Part shown: piece after piece, positions 36,707-39,575 of the stretch
Layout: every line of letters begins with the position of its first letter
Position numbering within the stretch: position 1 is the first letter of the stretch
IMG/VR virus record: IMGVR_UViG_3300020042_006769
Span: 1 to 39,575 of that record
Length of the DNA stretch: 39,575 nucleotides
Source: a virus
Lineage: Duplodnaviria; Caudoviricetes
Strand: one strand, 5' to 3'
Position numbers and translations under genes: made by a program
The notes under the pieces: model-generated
What the model saw: only the letters and a program-made list of their open reading frames with translations
What the model was told of the DNA's origin: nothing
Database searches by the model: none

Positions 36707-37069
36707 CTAAGACTTGAATCGGTTTCCACAGAAGCGACATTTGCAATAGCGGACAACCGCACTGCCTTCGCGACGAACAGAATAGACGCTCGTGTAGCTT
36801 TCGTCAGTTGGTCGTCTGGCTGTACATGCCGAACAGTTTGGTGCAACGTATGTTGTAACCCTCGGCTTTATCTCCTCCAACCGTTGATCCAGCCCCCCTT
36901 CCGTTGCCGGAAGTTCTGAGGTCTTGATGCTTGCCGGTTCGTCGGCTTGCTTGGTTGTTGTGGGATTGGTTGGACTCTTGGCACGATCCTGAATCCCAAG
37001 ATTGCCGTTCCCGCCAAGGCGTATGCCGTCGAGTCTAGCCAGTGATTGTTTCGATTTTTGACGACCCAT
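36707..37069 (-). CDS. Ogr/Delta-like zinc-ribbon protein; true start uncertain, possibly TTG 36880
   Basis: CSAC...VYS.R......RYCKC..CG..F. Confidence 0.55.
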   Translation of the reverse strand: MGRQKSKQSLARLDGIRLGGNGNLGIQDRAKSPTNPTTTKQADEPASIKTSELPATEGGLDQRLEEIKPRVTTYVAPNCSACTARRPTDESYTSVYSVRREGSAVVRYCKCRFCGNRFKS

Positions 37070-38580
37070 TTTCTTGTCAATCCTTTTCCAGTAGTGAATG
37101 TTTCCTCGTACTGTTCGGAAACTAAATGATGAGAGAAACTAAGATGCTGCTTGTTATCGAAACTTGAGAAGATTGAAAGCGAACCTTCGTTAAGCTGATT
37201 GACTTCGTTGAAGGTCGCTGTCTTAATTCGTTGCTGGACTTGGTTTTTCCAGTACACTCCGTTGATATGGTACAACCATCCGCGTGAGTCCTTTTGAAAT
37301 TCTGCTCTGACTTCTTCGAAATGCCTTGCGGTAGGTGTGTCTGCACCGGTAAACCGGAATCCTTCAGGTTGTCCCTTCGCCGGCATGAATGGGAATCCAG
37401 CTTGCTTACAGAACCCGTAAACAGATTCGGTATAGGTTCCTGAGTCGATCAGCACCAGGTCAGGAGAACACTGGGACAGGATATCGATTCGCCATTCGTG
37501 CAATCGATTGATCAATGAACGCTCTACCGTCTCCTGTGGGGTTGTCGCTTGCATCCCGTGATTCTCGATAACTCCGTAATCAATAACGTGCGTAATCGCA
37601 TTGCCATGCACACAAAGCTTTGTCCAATACGATTGGTATTTCCCAAGGTCAACGCCAAAAACAATCTTCAAAGGTGTCTCAACCTTTGGCAGTTCGTTGC
37701 GACCGAATCCGCTCATGCGAGAGGAGACTACGCCAGCAGTTAGTCGCATTGTTTCTGGTTCGTCTTCTTGCTCTGGATCTTGTTGCAACTCTGCCAAGAC
37801 TTTCGGCAAACCCCAATCGGATATGCGGTTATAGAACGCTTGCAATGCGTCCAATTCTACCCGATCCCCGTTGGCGTTTGTCTCTGAAACGAATCGATGC
37901 GGGTTGCTAAGTACCGTTCCCGCCTTCATGGCTTCCATGTTGTCGATGTAGTATTGGGTCGCTGTCGGCCCATCCTTCAGACCTTCTGCTTGATCCTTTT
38001 GCCGCAATGCCAGATATTCGTCCCAATGCTCTTTATTGTCAGGCCACGATTCCAAGAGAGGGTATCTGTCTCCCTCAAAGGTTGGTTTGATCTTTCGGTC
38101 TGTTGCTCGATAGGAGAAACAACGCCGATTCTGAATCGTTGTCAGCACAACCCGCGATAACCTGGCAGTTGGCCCAGCAAGTCCCGCCACATCGCCGTCG
38201 ATCATGTCTTCAACGTCTTGATGTTTGTTTGTTGGAGAGAATGCAACTTCCCGCGTCTCTGGATCGTCGATGATTGCCAAGTCAGGTCGGTTTTCCTCGA
38301 ATCCCTCGCCGCGGATGGCAGAGTCTAATCCGAAATAGACGAGACGCTTCCCGCCCACATCGTTCGTTTCCCAATCGCATTTGATGGTTGGCATAACAAC
38401 CAGTTCTTGACTCCACGTTATCCGTGTCAATTCGCCGTCAACGTGCTGGCTTGCTGCTCGCTGTGGCGCACCTCGAAGCGAAACAACCGGAACGCACAAC
38501 TCTGGAAAGTCGCCAGCAAACTCTGGGAACTTGGCACTATTGTCGAACTTGCTTTTGAATTGCTTAAATAGCTTTTTGCG
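36868..38580 (-). CDS. Terminase large subunit, central and C-terminal part; 5' end broken at an inversion junction
   Basis: RPDLAIIDDP Walker B, GVDLG, LIDSG, NHWLD..AYA. The frame extends upstream as KLFKQFKSKFDNSAKFPEFAGDFPELC but no Walker A is present. Confidence 0.85.
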   Translation of the reverse strand, partial: RKKLFKQFKSKFDNSAKFPEFAGDFPELCVPVVSLRGAPQRAASQHVDGELTRITWSQELVVMPTIKCDWETNDVGGKRLVYFGLDSAIRGEGFEENRPDLAIIDDPETREVAFSPTNKHQDVEDMIDGDVAGLAGPTARLSRVVLTTIQNRRCFSYRATDRKIKPTFEGDRYPLLESWPDNKEHWDEYLALRQKDQAEGLKDGPTATQYYIDNMEAMKAGTVLSNPHRFVSETNANGDRVELDALQAFYNRISDWGLPKVLAELQQDPEQEDEPETMRLTAGVVSSRMSGFGRNELPKVETPLKIVFGVDLGKYQSYWTKLCVHGNAITHVIDYGVIENHGMQATTPQETVERSLINRLHEWRIDILSQCSPDLVLIDSGTYTESVYGFCKQAGFPFMPAKGQPEGFRFTGADTPTARHFEEVRAEFQKDSRGWLYHINGVYWKNQVQQRIKTATFNEVNQLNEGSLSIFSSFDNKQHLSFSHHLVSEQYEETFTTGKGLTRKWVVKNRNNHWLDSTAYALAGTAILGFRIVPRVQPIPQQPSKPTNRQASRPQNFRQRKGGWINGWRR

Positions 38581-39075
38581 TATAGCGACACTTCTATCAG
38601 AAGGGCCATTCGCACGAAAGGCACATGCAGGGGTTATTACTGGTCATATCTCGGAACCACAAGCATTGAGAAAATAACTGAGAAACCGAATCGCATTTTC
38701 GCATTTGATAAAAACGGTTCATGCGTTGGCGAGTTTCCGTCAATCACATCGGGTGCTAAGAGGTTTAATTGTCACGCAACCGTAATTTCATCAATACTAA
38801 AAGGCGGGTCGAGAGCAAGGACAGCAGGCGGAGTGTATTGGTCAAGTTGCAAAAGCAGTCCGCCTTCTGTTGAGTCTAGGAGGTCAAAGCCGATAATTCA
38901 GATACGTCAATGCGGGTCGGTTGTGCATTGGGATTCAGCCAGGCAGGCAGCAAAGTCTATTGGCGTGAATTACAGAAGCATTTCAGACGTATTAAACGGA
39001 ACATCTAAAACATTGAGAAACGATAGATCAAGATGGGAATTCGCGGAGAATTATCTCTCTTTACAACCGCAATAA
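38581..39075 (+). CDS. 5'-truncated NUMOD1/IENR1-repeat DNA-binding protein (homing-endonuclease type)
   Basis: Open from the junction; repeats SIRRAI....CRGYYW, F.SITSGAK......ISSILKG....AGGVYW, WDSARQAAKSIG....I...LNG. Confidence 0.7.
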   Translation, partial: YSDTSIRRAIRTKGTCRGYYWSYLGTTSIEKITEKPNRIFAFDKNGSCVGEFPSITSGAKRFNCHATVISSILKGGSRARTAGGVYWSSCKSSPPSVESRRSKPIIQIRQCGSVVHWDSARQAAKSIGVNYRSISDVLNGTSKTLRNDRSRWEFAENYLSLQPQ

Positions 39076-39377
39076 ATAACGACTATCCAATTACTCAGGA
39101 AACAAGACAGGCGTTGATAGATACCGCAATGTCTATCATGAGCAACCCAAGCTCAAGCGAAAGGGAAAGGATATCGGCAGGCAAATTAATCATAGCAGCA
39201 GATTTAGCCAATGAGAGAAAAGCACAAGGAATGAATTCCGAAATGCTTTTATTGATTGCCGAACAAAATGGAATCAAAGATGATGTTCTCAGAATTGTCA
39301 GCGAGCGAAAAGGCAAAACGAATAGCGAATGCAATATTGTCGATGCAGTCGAAGGGCAACAGCAACAGCAATTATAG
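39033..39377 (+). CDS. Hypothetical protein, possible terminase small subunit
   Basis: Immediately precedes the TerL N-terminus; helical, ERERISAGKLI pattern. Confidence 0.5.
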   Translation: MGIRGELSLFTTAINNDYPITQETRQALIDTAMSIMSNPSSSERERISAGKLIIAADLANERKAQGMNSEMLLLIAEQNGIKDDVLRIVSERKGKTNSECNIVDAVEGQQQQQL

Positions 39378-39575
39378 CGTCAAGAGAAACAACGAGATGC
39401 ATCGTCAGCGTGCCTCCAGAATGGAAGGAGCACGCATCTACATTCCAGAGCCAGAGGATATGGCAAGGCGTGAAGCGTGCCTAAAAGATCCTGAAATGTT
39501 TCTGAGAACATATTTCAAACCGATCTTCTTTAATCCGTTTGCCAAGCATCACCTGGCAATGATTGACGCAATTTG
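39268..39575 (+). CDS. Terminase large subunit N-terminus (runs off the window; start uncertain)
   Basis: Not in the ORF track. ...IYIPEPEDMARREACLKDPEMFLRTYFKPIFFNPFAKHHLAMIDAI, a typical TerL pre-Walker-A segment. Confidence 0.75.
   Translation, partial: MESKMMFSELSASEKAKRIANAILSMQSKGNSNSNYSVKRNNEMHRQRASRMEGARIYIPEPEDMARREACLKDPEMFLRTYFKPIFFNPFAKHHLAMIDAI

Overview
About 39.6 kb of a tailed dsDNA phage or prophage genome (siphovirus-like), coded almost entirely on the minus strand. Reading right to left: terminase large subunit, gpW-like adaptor, lambda-type portal, fused prohead protease/major capsid, head-tail and tail genes (tube, frameshifted chaperone, short tape measure, Gly-rich fibre). 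After an AT-rich gap comes a DNA-metabolism operon (SNF2 helicase, N4/N6 MTase, small genes and tRNA-like RNAs, RuvC-like, Sak4, DUF669 SSB, Cas4-like nuclease, C5 MTase interrupted by an antisense HNH, SF2 helicase, primase-helicase). Then a GTAC-rich putative origin, an RNAP alpha-CTD-like protein, a cluster of exported proteases and membrane proteins, two spike/fibre-like proteins, a metallophosphoesterase, a HExxH protein and a RimI-like GNAT. Both ends look rearranged: bases 1-121 copy 4204-4324, and about 38580-end is inverted and carries the terminase N-terminus. A Planctomycetota host is a weak inference. No integrase, classical endolysin, CRISPR array or reverse transcriptase was recognised. 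The most striking element is the HNH cassette, which carries a synonymously recoded duplicate of its target gene's 5' end and keeps its antisense frame open. All product calls come from motif recognition by eye; no database searches were run.
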